Assembly: GCA_034408725.1 (NCBI GenBank)
Contig: JAWXCN010000079.1
Location: 1-38,321 of the forward strand
DNA length: 38,321 nucleotides
From: Candidatus Hydrogenedentota bacterium
GTDB lineage: Bacteria; Hydrogenedentota; Hydrogenedentia; Hydrogenedentales; SLHB01
Direction: 5' to 3'
Position 1 is the stretch's first letter. Every line of letters starts with the position of its first letter. Shown one piece after another: positions 18,547 to 26,901 of this stretch. The notes under the pieces were generated by a model. The model saw only the letters and a program-made list of their open reading frames with translations, was not told the origin of the DNA and ran no database searches. Both the position numbers and the translations under genes were made by a program.

Positions 18547-20269
18547 CCGTCACCGTCTCCCCTGTGCGCGGCAGAGCGAATTCCCTCAATCGAAAATCCT
18601 GCCACACCAGAAACACCAAAGACTCGTCCTCCAGCGGCTTCTCACAATCGACCCGCATCCGTGTTGGACTTCCTTCCAGAACATCCAGCAAGGTCAATCG
18701 ACAGAAACCTAGGTCGACCAGATCGCCCTCGGTGTACGGAAACGATTTGGCCCGCAATATCTCCGCGAATACGCCCTGCATCAGCGCGCCGCGCGTTGTC
18801 TTCAATTCAAATTGCCGCAACCCCGTCCGCGTGAACGTATGGTCATGCGGCGATGCCGACAGCACGTGCCAGCTTGCGGGTAGCGGCCGCCCATCTAAAA
18901 ATCGCAAGATCGGCGGATACATCAGCGTTAGCGGATCGTTCGCGGCGAGTAATACGAGATGCTGCTGCGCGACCCGAGCGTCATCGATGGGCGCATCCCG
19001 GTATGCCTGCTCGCCCCAGCGCCCAATGAACGAAACCACCGCGGATTGCAAGGGCCATGCAACAGGCGCAAGCACGAGGTGAATTCCCGCTATGATTCCG
19101 CAGACAATCCCAACCGCTCTCCACTTGCGCTCACCGCGGCCTTGCCACCACGCGCGAAGTATCATCGCAACAACCACGCTGCCCCCCAAGGATGGACCCA
19201 GCAACAAACGGTTCATCGGAAATGCGGCAATCACGGGAAACATCGACAGCACACCGCCGAGAATCAACCAGCGGAGCGCAAACGTATCCCGCGTGTCAAG
19301 CCGGGGCCAAAACTTTCGCAAAAGAAAACCAAACAGCATCACGCCCGCAAGTCCGGCTGCCGCAAGCAACCATCGCCATTCCGGAAAGAATCCCCATGCG
19401 TCCACAGGCGACGAAACAAGTAAGCCGCCCAACAACGACAACATCCGGTTGGGTGCATCCAGGAAGTATTCACGCGATAACGGCTCGGTGTACGCGCCGG
19501 AACCATAAACGCCGTAGTCCGACAATTTGTACGCAATCGCATACACGACCGCGCAGATGGCGGCCGGTGCTATCGACAGCGCGCGCCGCGCGACGGAATC
19601 GGTGCGCCCAGCGAATTCGTATGCGGCGACGTATGCGGCCATCCCGAGCCACGCCTCGCCGCCGAACATGCCGATGACGTAGCCAACAACCGACAACGGC
19701 AATCCCGGCCGCCACTCATCTTCGCGCCAACGAATGTGTGCCCACAGACCAAACAATGCGGGCACGCACGCGACCAACGCGTTGCGGTTCGCCAACCATA
19801 CCGCGGGCATCCAGTGGACGTCGTCAATCGCAAAGATCAAAGTGGCCAGAGCGGCGACCGGCGCCGACACCACCTCGCGCGCGATTAACCCCCATAGCGC
19901 GACCAGTGCGAGATACCACAGCATCGCGTGAATGTGCCAGAACACGGCGCGTTCCCCGAAAAGCGCAAAATCCAGTTTGTGCATCGCGACCGAAAGGGGA
20001 CGATAAAATTGCGCCTTGGCCTCAGGCAGGGTCCACCACGGAAACGGGCCCGTTTGAATAAATCGTCTAGTCTCGACCGGATCACCTGAAATGAACGTAA
20101 ACAGGCTTCCATCGCTTGCCGGCGTTTTGCCGCCCTTGAGGATCATGAGATGATAGCAATCGTCCCCGACAAACCCGACGCCCAGCCCAGTCGCCGTAAG
20201 CAATGCCGCCGCCAACAGCGACACGCGCAACGGCGCGCGCGCATACCATTGCGCAAGTTTAGAAATCAC
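18536..20269 (-). CDS. Polytopic membrane protein, GT-C superfamily-like (TMTC/PMT-like) glycosyltransferase candidate
   Basis: Many TM segments; first-loop GDD; FYRPLS; LIFAIDDVHWMPAVWLANRN, resembling the LFAVHPxHxEAVxW..R segment of TMTC-like proteins; GTGA overlap with the upstream stop gives start 20269. Confidence 0.6.
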   Translation of the reverse strand: MISKLAQWYARAPLRVSLLAAALLTATGLGVGFVGDDCYHLMILKGGKTPASDGSLFTFISGDPVETRRFIQTGPFPWWTLPEAKAQFYRPLSVAMHKLDFALFGERAVFWHIHAMLWYLALVALWGLIAREVVSAPVAALATLIFAIDDVHWMPAVWLANRNALVACVPALFGLWAHIRWREDEWRPGLPLSVVGYVIGMFGGEAWLGMAAYVAAYEFAGRTDSVARRALSIAPAAICAVVYAIAYKLSDYGVYGSGAYTEPLSREYFLDAPNRMLSLLGGLLVSSPVDAWGFFPEWRWLLAAAGLAGVMLFGFLLRKFWPRLDTRDTFALRWLILGGVLSMFPVIAAFPMNRLLLGPSLGGSVVVAMILRAWWQGRGERKWRAVGIVCGIIAGIHLVLAPVAWPLQSAVVSFIGRWGEQAYRDAPIDDARVAQQHLVLLAANDPLTLMYPPILRFLDGRPLPASWHVLSASPHDHTFTRTGLRQFELKTTRGALMQGVFAEILRAKSFPYTEGDLVDLGFCRLTLLDVLEGSPTRMRVDCEKPLEDESLVFLVWQDFRLREFALPRTGETVTVRY

Positions 20270-23200
20270 CCGCTGTATCCGCACAACTGCGCGACATACG
20301 CCTTGCTGCCGTCGTTCGCCCACGGGTCAAGTTCAGACGGGTCCTTGAGCTGTTGCCCACGCGCGCGCGGCACCGCGAGATACCCGCACTGCACATCGGG
20401 CAATCCCGTCATGTCACTCCACAACTTTTCAAACTGCGCAACCGGATACACGTCTTCCTGCCCGTGCCCCCAACGCCGTTTCACGTCTTTTATCGTGACA
20501 TAGGTTGGCAATCGCTGCGCCATCCGCCGCACTGCATCCGCAATGCGTTCCTCTGGTCCATCGAGGTCCGCGCGCGTGAGTCCGAACGCTTCCAGCAACG
20601 TGTCGATCTGTATCCAAGTCGTCATCGAGTTGTAATACCGCAGTTTGTACTCGTCTTCTTCGCGCGGTTGCGCGAGACCCTCCAGCAACCGCACGCGTCC
20701 GTTCACACGCGCGAGACCGCCCCCACTGTCCGCAATCCGGCGCGGCACAACTTCAAACGTCAGCATGTTTCCCGACGCCAGGTGATGTCCCAGCGCGTCG
20801 GGATCGAGATTCGCCCCAAGCGTGTCGATGTTATGCAACATGATCGTCTCAAGCTGCGGCCTGTCCCGCAGCAGTTTCGCAAGCACTCCGTTTCGCAAAA
20901 GGTTCGGCACTTCATACCAGTGTCCCGGCGGACTGAACCGCTGGATGGGCACGTTATCTGTATAGTCGCTGCCCTCCCCCACGTTCCGCGACCAATCCAT
21001 TAACGAAGTCCGCACCGCCTCGCGAACTTTCTGTTTCTGCACGTCCAGCGTTTCCTGCGGCATCTCTTCCCACAGAAAAACTAGGTCGCGCGCCATCGGC
21101 ACGAGCCGCTGGCCAATCGAACGTCCCGGCGAAAGCACCACCGCGCCGTCACATCCGAAGCCGCTCGTCCGCGCCAAATGCCGTTCGATGGGCCCGTGGG
21201 TCAAAAAACTGGTCGAAACAATATGCGGCGGGTCCTGACCAAATAGCTTTGCCGTCTCCCGGGATTTTGCACGATGAATTTCCAGAAAGCTGCGGTGTTG
21301 TCCCCCGAGCAGAACGAACGGATTCAGCGCTTTGATGACACCCGCGCCGGTGGTCCATCGGCTGCCGACACCGCCGGCAAGCGACATCACCGCCACGCGC
21401 CCTTCGCGCAATGACTTCTCGCCCAGCGACCGCGCGCGCGGCTCATTCACCAGTTGCGATACATCACCGTCGGACACGTCCTCGACTTCGGTATCAACCG
21501 AAAGACGATTGTGCGCCAGCCCGATGCGCCCTGCTTTCAGATCCGCGCGAAGCTGCTCGTGCTGAACGGTATCGAATCCGTTTTCAACCAAAGTGCGCGC
21601 GGCTTCCCGGTCCCACTCCATCCGGTCCGATCGGGTTGCAGAATCCGCCACCCGGAACAGATTGCTAACAATGGTGCGCAACAGCCCAAATGTTTCCCCA
21701 GGCTCCTTGCTGCGCGCGGTGAAGTGGTCCAGCTCCGCCCGTCGCAAGTACGAGATCGATTCCGGCGCGTAACGCACCAGTTCCGGCACCTGTAGCGCGT
21801 AGTACCGCGAAGGCATCAGCGCCTCGTCATCGGCGTGCAACGTCGCCCATGTACCCCTCGGATTGATTTTGAAGTTGTACACAACCGGGTCCATCGCAAA
21901 CGGTAGCGCGTCTTCAAGACTGCGCTTCGTGTCGCGCATGATCTCGAGTATCTGATCGCGAAACGCGTCGCGCTGTTCCGGTGCAACGTACATCGCCATA
22001 CCGCCGCCGGACATTCCCCCCAACATCTGAAACCCCCAGAACGACGCGCCGAGTTTTTCCCTGGCCTGCGCAATGATCGTTTCCGTAAACCGGTTGGTGA
22101 CCCACGGAATAATCGTCTTCAGCGGCCCATCCCAATTTTGCGCAGTGTGCGACGCAAGCGACTTCACGTCGCCGCGCTTGAGCGCGGTGAGAATCCCGTC
22201 GAATATCGCGCGCATGTGGTGGCGCGCGCGCCACTCATCCGTCGCGCGCAATAAATACTTTTCCGTCACCATTTCGAGGATCGGCCCGACGTTCTGCGCC
22301 ATCCCCCCATGAATCAACACAAGCGATTGCGCAAGCCGCTCGGTAATTTCCGGATGCAACTCACCCGCGCCGAGCAAATGATGTTGCGGCAGCAAACATC
22401 CCCGGCTCACGCCAAATTCGCTATCCCCTTCCACCGCGTGCGCGCCTTCAATGATCTTGATACCAGGCCAGATACCGCCGCTGTCCTGCCAGCCGCCGCC
22501 GGAACCACCCAGCCATTCGCCCAAGATCGCGCGGGACGCCACCAGTCTGCGTTCCGACTCTTCCAGTCCACCTTCGAGCGACGCCGTCTGCCCCGTGGCG
22601 CGCATGAGCACGCTCACAATGCCAGCAAGCAGGTTCGTCGAAACCGCGAGCCGCGACCCCTTTGGAATGTCATTAACGCGGGTGACCAGTTCAACGCCCA
22701 TCCCCGGCGCAACAACGCTCGCGAGGATCGCCGCTATCGTGTGGTCTGTCCCTTCAAACGACGCGGGGATCAGGCCCGATGCGATCACGCCGGCCTTCAG
22801 CAGACTCATGTAGTCGTTACCGAAATTAAACAGATCGGAGAGGTCGGTGATGTCTTTTGTCGTGCCAAGATCGATGCTCGTAAGGCGCAGCACCGGCTCC
22901 GGAATCACGCGCACGTACGCCTCGACTGGCGAGTAAACATCTTTGTCGCGACCGTACACACCGAGGTCCACGCTGATATTGATCACGCGCGCGCCTTCGG
23001 GATAGTCCATACCGAGAAAAAATATGTCCGACCATCCGCTATGACTCAAGTCCAGCCGCACCGGCGTGCGTTCCGCGAGAATGGGATAGAGCAGTGACCC
23101 GTGCGGGCGCCGCAACATCTCCGCGCGAATCCGCACGGGATGCTCGTCCGCGTGGCCCACGCGAAACATCCACTGGTTGCCCCGGCTCGCGCGCACGCTA

Positions 23201-23610
23201 TGCCGCACCTGGTCCGCAAGCGTCTGAAACGCGAGATGCCGGTAACTCTCCGCCAACGCGCTCATCAGCGATCCGCTCGCGCCGGATTCCACCGCTTCGC
23301 GTCGAAACTGCGTAATCGCCTCCTCGAACCGGCGCTCCAAGAAATCGCGCACGGCGTCAAATGGAATCGCGCCGGACTCTTTAATCCCCGCGGATTCCGT
23401 CAGCAGGAAACGGTGTGCCGCATACAGGAAAAGCGTGGCGCGCACGCGTTCGTACAGGTTGGTTGAGGACTTGCGGAAGGATTCCAGTTCCTCGCAGGCG
23501 CGCGCCAACGCGGTAGCGTCCATGCCCTGGCACAATGATACAAAGGATCGATCACGCACCGCCGGCGCGTCGCTAATAATCGTCTCGATAAATGGGTTCA
23601 TGCGCGGCAA
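20266..23610 (-). CDS. Bifunctional GHMP-family sugar kinase (fucokinase-like) / UDPGP-family nucleotidyltransferase
   Basis: Kinase half: PVRLDLSHSGWSD, IPKGSRLAVST, GGGWQD, MLGGMSGGG. C-terminal half: LAGGVGSRW, PPGHW, HNIDTLG, YNSMTTW, QFEKLW. Start TTG 23610 or ATG 23601. Confidence 0.8.
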   Translation of the reverse strand: MPRMNPFIETIISDAPAVRDRSFVSLCQGMDATALARACEELESFRKSSTNLYERVRATLFLYAAHRFLLTESAGIKESGAIPFDAVRDFLERRFEEAITQFRREAVESGASGSLMSALAESYRHLAFQTLADQVRHSVRASRGNQWMFRVGHADEHPVRIRAEMLRRPHGSLLYPILAERTPVRLDLSHSGWSDIFFLGMDYPEGARVINISVDLGVYGRDKDVYSPVEAYVRVIPEPVLRLTSIDLGTTKDITDLSDLFNFGNDYMSLLKAGVIASGLIPASFEGTDHTIAAILASVVAPGMGVELVTRVNDIPKGSRLAVSTNLLAGIVSVLMRATGQTASLEGGLEESERRLVASRAILGEWLGGSGGGWQDSGGIWPGIKIIEGAHAVEGDSEFGVSRGCLLPQHHLLGAGELHPEITERLAQSLVLIHGGMAQNVGPILEMVTEKYLLRATDEWRARHHMRAIFDGILTALKRGDVKSLASHTAQNWDGPLKTIIPWVTNRFTETIIAQAREKLGASFWGFQMLGGMSGGGMAMYVAPEQRDAFRDQILEIMRDTKRSLEDALPFAMDPVVYNFKINPRGTWATLHADDEALMPSRYYALQVPELVRYAPESISYLRRAELDHFTARSKEPGETFGLLRTIVSNLFRVADSATRSDRMEWDREAARTLVENGFDTVQHEQLRADLKAGRIGLAHNRLSVDTEVEDVSDGDVSQLVNEPRARSLGEKSLREGRVAVMSLAGGVGSRWTTGAGVIKALNPFVLLGGQHRSFLEIHRAKSRETAKLFGQDPPHIVSTSFLTHGPIERHLARTSGFGCDGAVVLSPGRSIGQRLVPMARDLVFLWEEMPQETLDVQKQKVREAVRTSLMDWSRNVGEGSDYTDNVPIQRFSPPGHWYEVPNLLRNGVLAKLLRDRPQLETIMLHNIDTLGANLDPDALGHHLASGNMLTFEVVPRRIADSGGGLARVNGRVRLLEGLAQPREEDEYKLRYYNSMTTWIQIDTLLEAFGLTRADLDGPEERIADAVRRMAQRLPTYVTIKDVKRRWGHGQEDVYPVAQFEKLWSDMTGLPDVQCGYLAVPRARGQQLKDPSELDPWANDGSKAYVAQLCGYSG

Positions 23611-24567
23611 CTACTCTGCATTGCGGCGCGCGGCGTCCGCCAACACTTCGAGCACCGTCGCGAGCATCTCCTCGCGATTGCGCCCCGCGAGCGCGAGCGC
23701 AAGCTGCGTCTGCATCCAGCCAAATTGTCCGCCAATGTCGTAGCGTGTGCCTTGCACTTCAAGCGCCAGGAACTGTTCGCGTTGCGCCAACAGTTGCAAT
23801 GCCGGCGTCAACGCGACATCACCCCGCCGCGCGTCCGAACGTAGCGCATCATTGAGCAACGCGAAGATCGACGGCATCAGCACATACATGCCGAAAAAAC
23901 ATAGGTAATGTCCCACCCGCAGGCCAGGCGTGTGCAACTCGGTTTCCGCCTGGCTCAACGCGGGCTTTTCAATGATGCGTTCAATCTGGTACGCGCCCGC
24001 GTAATCCCGATGACGCTTTCCGGTGAGCGTTCCGTAACGTCCCACAAGATGCTCGCGTGTCGCCTGTACCGCGGCCACCGAACACTGCTCCTGCTTCGCA
24101 AGATCGATAAGCTGTTCCGCGCACCGGCGTCCTGCGACATGCGACACATACAAATGATCGCCGAGCAACAACAGAAACGGTTCGTCCCCGACAATCGGTC
24201 GCGCGCACAACACCGCGTGCCCATATCCCAACGGTTCCGATTGCACCGCAAACCGCAACCGCTCCTCGAGCGCGGACAACTTTTCCGCCTGCACCCGTGC
24301 CCAATCCGCCCCGCGATACGCCTCCAACACATTCTCGCGCAGCGCCCGAAACTGCCGGCGATACGACTCCTCATCCCCCGGCGCGCAAATCACGACAATT
24401 TCTTCAATCCCGCTTTCCAGCGCCTCCTCCGCGATGATCTGAATCACCGGCTTCGTCAACCCATCGCGGTCCACAAGAGGAAGCATCGCCTTCTGCACAG
24501 TATCTGCCGCGGGATACAACCTCGCCCCCCGCGCCGCCGCGGTAATAACAGCCTTACGTATCTGCAA
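23611..24567 (-). CDS. GalU/GalF-like sugar-1-phosphate nucleotidyltransferase
   Basis: IRKAVITAAARGARLYPA..QKAMLP; QSEPLGYGHAV; LLGDH; IEKP; RYDIG; SD GAGAGGGG before TTG 24567. Confidence 0.88.
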   Translation of the reverse strand: MQIRKAVITAAARGARLYPAADTVQKAMLPLVDRDGLTKPVIQIIAEEALESGIEEIVVICAPGDEESYRRQFRALRENVLEAYRGADWARVQAEKLSALEERLRFAVQSEPLGYGHAVLCARPIVGDEPFLLLLGDHLYVSHVAGRRCAEQLIDLAKQEQCSVAAVQATREHLVGRYGTLTGKRHRDYAGAYQIERIIEKPALSQAETELHTPGLRVGHYLCFFGMYVLMPSIFALLNDALRSDARRGDVALTPALQLLAQREQFLALEVQGTRYDIGGQFGWMQTQLALALAGRNREEMLATVLEVLADAARRNAE

Positions 24568-24594
24568 ACTGAATCCCCTCTCCGAATCTAAGTT

Positions 24595-24641
24595 GTCGTG
24601 CTCGTGCTCGTGCTCGTAATCGTAATCGTAATCGAGATTCG
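24595..24641. repeat. Second copy of the (CTCGTG)n-(ATCGTA)n hexamer repeat
   Basis: GTCGTG CTCGTG CTCGTG CTCGTA ATCGTA ATCGTA ATCGAG ATTCG; same orientation as 16981-17034. Confidence 0.85.
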
Positions 24642-24756
24642 TTGGTCGATTCCAAAGGCATGCACACCCCACAGCCGGGCGAAGAAACCACAAGCGTTAG
24701 AATCGGCTGTACGCCAAGGGGGGTTGCGCGGAAGAATACTCCGGGGCCGTGCGGGC

Positions 24757-25008
24757 CTAAACCAGCGCGTAATCGGGAAGATCGTGCAAGGTCATGAGTT
24801 GGTTGGGCGTTAGCGACAACATCGCATACGTACGGCCTTCTCGATCCGCAAATTCCACTTCGCACGCGCCATCAGGATACTTCGTCACGACCGTACCAAT
24901 CTGGCCACGCCGGAGCATCAACGCGCGTCCATCATCGAAATGTTTTGCTGGAATATCTTCGAGTAAGGCGACAAGGTCATGTATATGGAATGCGTCACTC
25001 ATATTCAT
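24757..25008 (-). CDS. DUF4926-like small protein (putative antitoxin/immunity protein)
   Basis: HDLVALLEDIP..LRRGQIGTVV..EVEFADREGRTYAMLSL; ATGA overlap with the upstream gene. Confidence 0.8.
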   Translation of the reverse strand: MNMSDAFHIHDLVALLEDIPAKHFDDGRALMLRRGQIGTVVTKYPDGACEVEFADREGRTYAMLSLTPNQLMTLHDLPDYALV

Positions 25009-25337
25009 AGTATATAGCATGTAACGAGTCTTGGAAAGTCCTCCCCGTACAACACGATCCACGCTGTCACAACGACAGCTCGTCGCTGATCTGTCTCCAT
25101 GGGGAACCTCAATACGTAAATCTCTCCATACCCATTGTCTCCTCGAAATTCCGCTTCGCTCGAGTTTGAAGCAGCACTAACAATGGCATCTGCCAATACA
25201 TGCAAGTTGCCCTGCGTAACTCCCAACACGGACTCAAATACCCGCGCTTTATGACGCCCTTCCCGATGATTTGAATTGAGAACATAATCTGTTAGCTTCG
25301 ACCCGAGGTCTGCATGTTCTCCATTAGGTAGTTTCAT
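25005..25337 (-). CDS. DUF6883-like protein (putative nuclease toxin)
   Basis: MKLPNGEHA..KLTDYVLNSNHREGRHKARVFESVLG..YG..VVTAWIV..PRLVTCY; coupled to the DUF4926-like gene. Confidence 0.75.
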   Translation of the reverse strand: MKLPNGEHADLGSKLTDYVLNSNHREGRHKARVFESVLGVTQGNLHVLADAIVSAASNSSEAEFRGDNGYGEIYVLRFPMETDQRRAVVVTAWIVLYGEDFPRLVTCYIL

Positions 25338-25411
25338 GGAATGAAGTATCTCACCAACTCACAGAGCGCAAAGGCTTTCATACCTGGGCGCCACTGAAAG
25401 TGTAGGAACCA

Positions 25412-26284
25412 CTACTGCCTGTCCAGGTTATACGCCACCGCCCTTGGCCAACGCTCCTTACTCCAACACGCCGGACACATGACATCTTCAGGGTAAAGTT
25501 TTTCGGACAAATAATTGTCGCAACCCTTGCACGCTAGCCACCCATCAGCACTCAAATCGATCAGTATGCCCTTCTTCCACCGTTGCGCGGTTCGCTTTGT
25601 CAATCCAAAAATGTCCCATGGTTCGATGCCGAGGGCATCGGCCATTGGCCGCAAGGCATGGACATATTGGACAACCAGGCAACCCCAGACGATCACAATT
25701 CCCGAACGCATAAAGACCGCGATCAACACAGCCGCAACGATCGGCGACCACCAGGCAATTCGAATCGCAACGGCCGCGTTCCGCGTCGCGATGCTTGCAG
25801 CAATTGCATATGCACCAATGCACACTAACCAAAACAAGCCCAAGGGTACCATTCGCTCGGGGTTCGGGATGTATATCCACATCACCATCATTAACAACAA
25901 TAAGCACGACACCATAATCGCGAACGTTCTCAACCGCTGCTTCAATTCTTTTACGCAAAGATCCCTGTCGCGCGGGCAGCTCGACGAGAACGACATTCGA
26001 TCAAGAAATCCATAGTAATAGTCCCGTCCGCTCAACGGCCGCCAACGGATGGACAGCGCATGACCCGGAGTAATAGAGAAGGTGACCCCACGCCGTGATA
26101 GCCCGCGCTTGCGCACTGGGCCCAGAATATATTTGCCCAAGCTGACCACATAGGTCGCGTTGGTCGCGTCTTCACGCACGTGTATCGACGGTAAATCAGC
26201 GGTGGCTATGCCATCGCGAAAGTGGCCCTTCTCTATACCGGTGATTCCACTCATCGCTTTTTCCAAATTTCCGATTCCAACCAC
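25412..26284 (-). CDS. Hypothetical membrane protein with about 4 TM segments and C-terminal CxxC..CxxC
   Basis: 290-codon ORF; central hydrophobic block; CKGC..CPAC near the C-terminus; no family recognised. Start 26284 or 26254. Confidence 0.6.
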   Translation of the reverse strand: MVGIGNLEKAMSGITGIEKGHFRDGIATADLPSIHVREDATNATYVVSLGKYILGPVRKRGLSRRGVTFSITPGHALSIRWRPLSGRDYYYGFLDRMSFSSSCPRDRDLCVKELKQRLRTFAIMVSCLLLLMMVMWIYIPNPERMVPLGLFWLVCIGAYAIAASIATRNAAVAIRIAWWSPIVAAVLIAVFMRSGIVIVWGCLVVQYVHALRPMADALGIEPWDIFGLTKRTAQRWKKGILIDLSADGWLACKGCDNYLSEKLYPEDVMCPACWSKERWPRAVAYNLDRQ

Positions 26285-26306
26285 CTGAACGACGGCTGCG
26301 TGAACC

Positions 26307-26576
26307 CTAACTCTCCGGCGTTCCGTCCCGTTTTCTGAGGTATTCTTCTACGTCCAATTCATCGAGGAGTTTGTTGAACCCCGCCGGATCAATTCCCGGT
26401 AGCAGACCCATCGGCTTAGCTTCTACGACGAATCTTGGAAGCCTTGTAGAACCCTGCCCCGCCAGCGCGGTGCGCACGGATTCAAGTACAAATTCCTCCG
26501 GCGTTTTACCCGAAGCAAGTGCCGCCTGCCGGATTGATTCCGCCACATCGTCGCTAAATGTCACTATGATTTCCAT
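26307..26576 (-). CDS. Ribbon-helix-helix antitoxin-like protein (VapB/CopG-like)
   Basis: MEIIVTFSDDVAESIRQAALASGKTPEEFVLESVRTAL (beta strand plus two helices), then FVVEAKPMGLLPGID..LLDELD, typical of VapB-type antitoxin tails. Confidence 0.7.
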   Translation of the reverse strand: MEIIVTFSDDVAESIRQAALASGKTPEEFVLESVRTALAGQGSTRLPRFVVEAKPMGLLPGIDPAGFNKLLDELDVEEYLRKRDGTPES

Positions 26577-26583
26577 GCTCGCC

Positions 26584-26612
26584 ACTATGGACATGGTACC
26601 GGAGCGTGTCAA
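26584..26612 (-). promoter_or_regulatory. Sigma70-type promoter for a leaderless antitoxin transcript
   Basis: TTGACA (26612-26607), 17 bp, CATAGT (26589-26584), 7 nt, ATG 26576. Confidence 0.7.
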
Positions 26613-26820
26613 GGCGGTGGCGATCCCGCTTGGAACTCAGAAACTCCTTGGGCGAAATCTCTTTCTGAAAGTTGTTGGGTATGATGGCTGATAATAATAT
26701 TGCCAGTCCGTTGCACACACCGGAGATTCCCTCCCTCCCAAGCATTGCAAATTAATTTAAGGGTTTTTAATTGATATTCATAGTATGAAACTCTGTTTAG
26801 TAAAATATAATTTACCACAC

Positions 26821-26850
26821 TTGCCTTTTTCCCAATTTAGGCATCATAAT
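26821..26850 (+). promoter_or_regulatory. Candidate sigma70 promoter of the HzsA-like gene
   Basis: TTGCCT, 18 bp, CATAAT in an AT-rich tract; SD GGAGAGGGG follows before ATG 26902. Confidence 0.45.
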
Positions 26851-26901
26851 TGACTCGGGCCTTTGCTTTCTGGGGTTTACTTTTGGAGAGGGGAAGTTTA
26901 G

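Noticed and set aside
24568..24693. DYDYDYEHEHEHD N-terminal extension of the GalU-like protein
   Set aside because: Derived from the hexamer repeat; a strong SD precedes TTG 24567, where family similarity begins.
24660..24756. Inverted pair ACAGCCG..CGGCTGT and GGGGGTTGCG, a possible decayed REP or riboswitch
   Set aside because: Short stem, single copy in the window, no recognisable RNA family motif.
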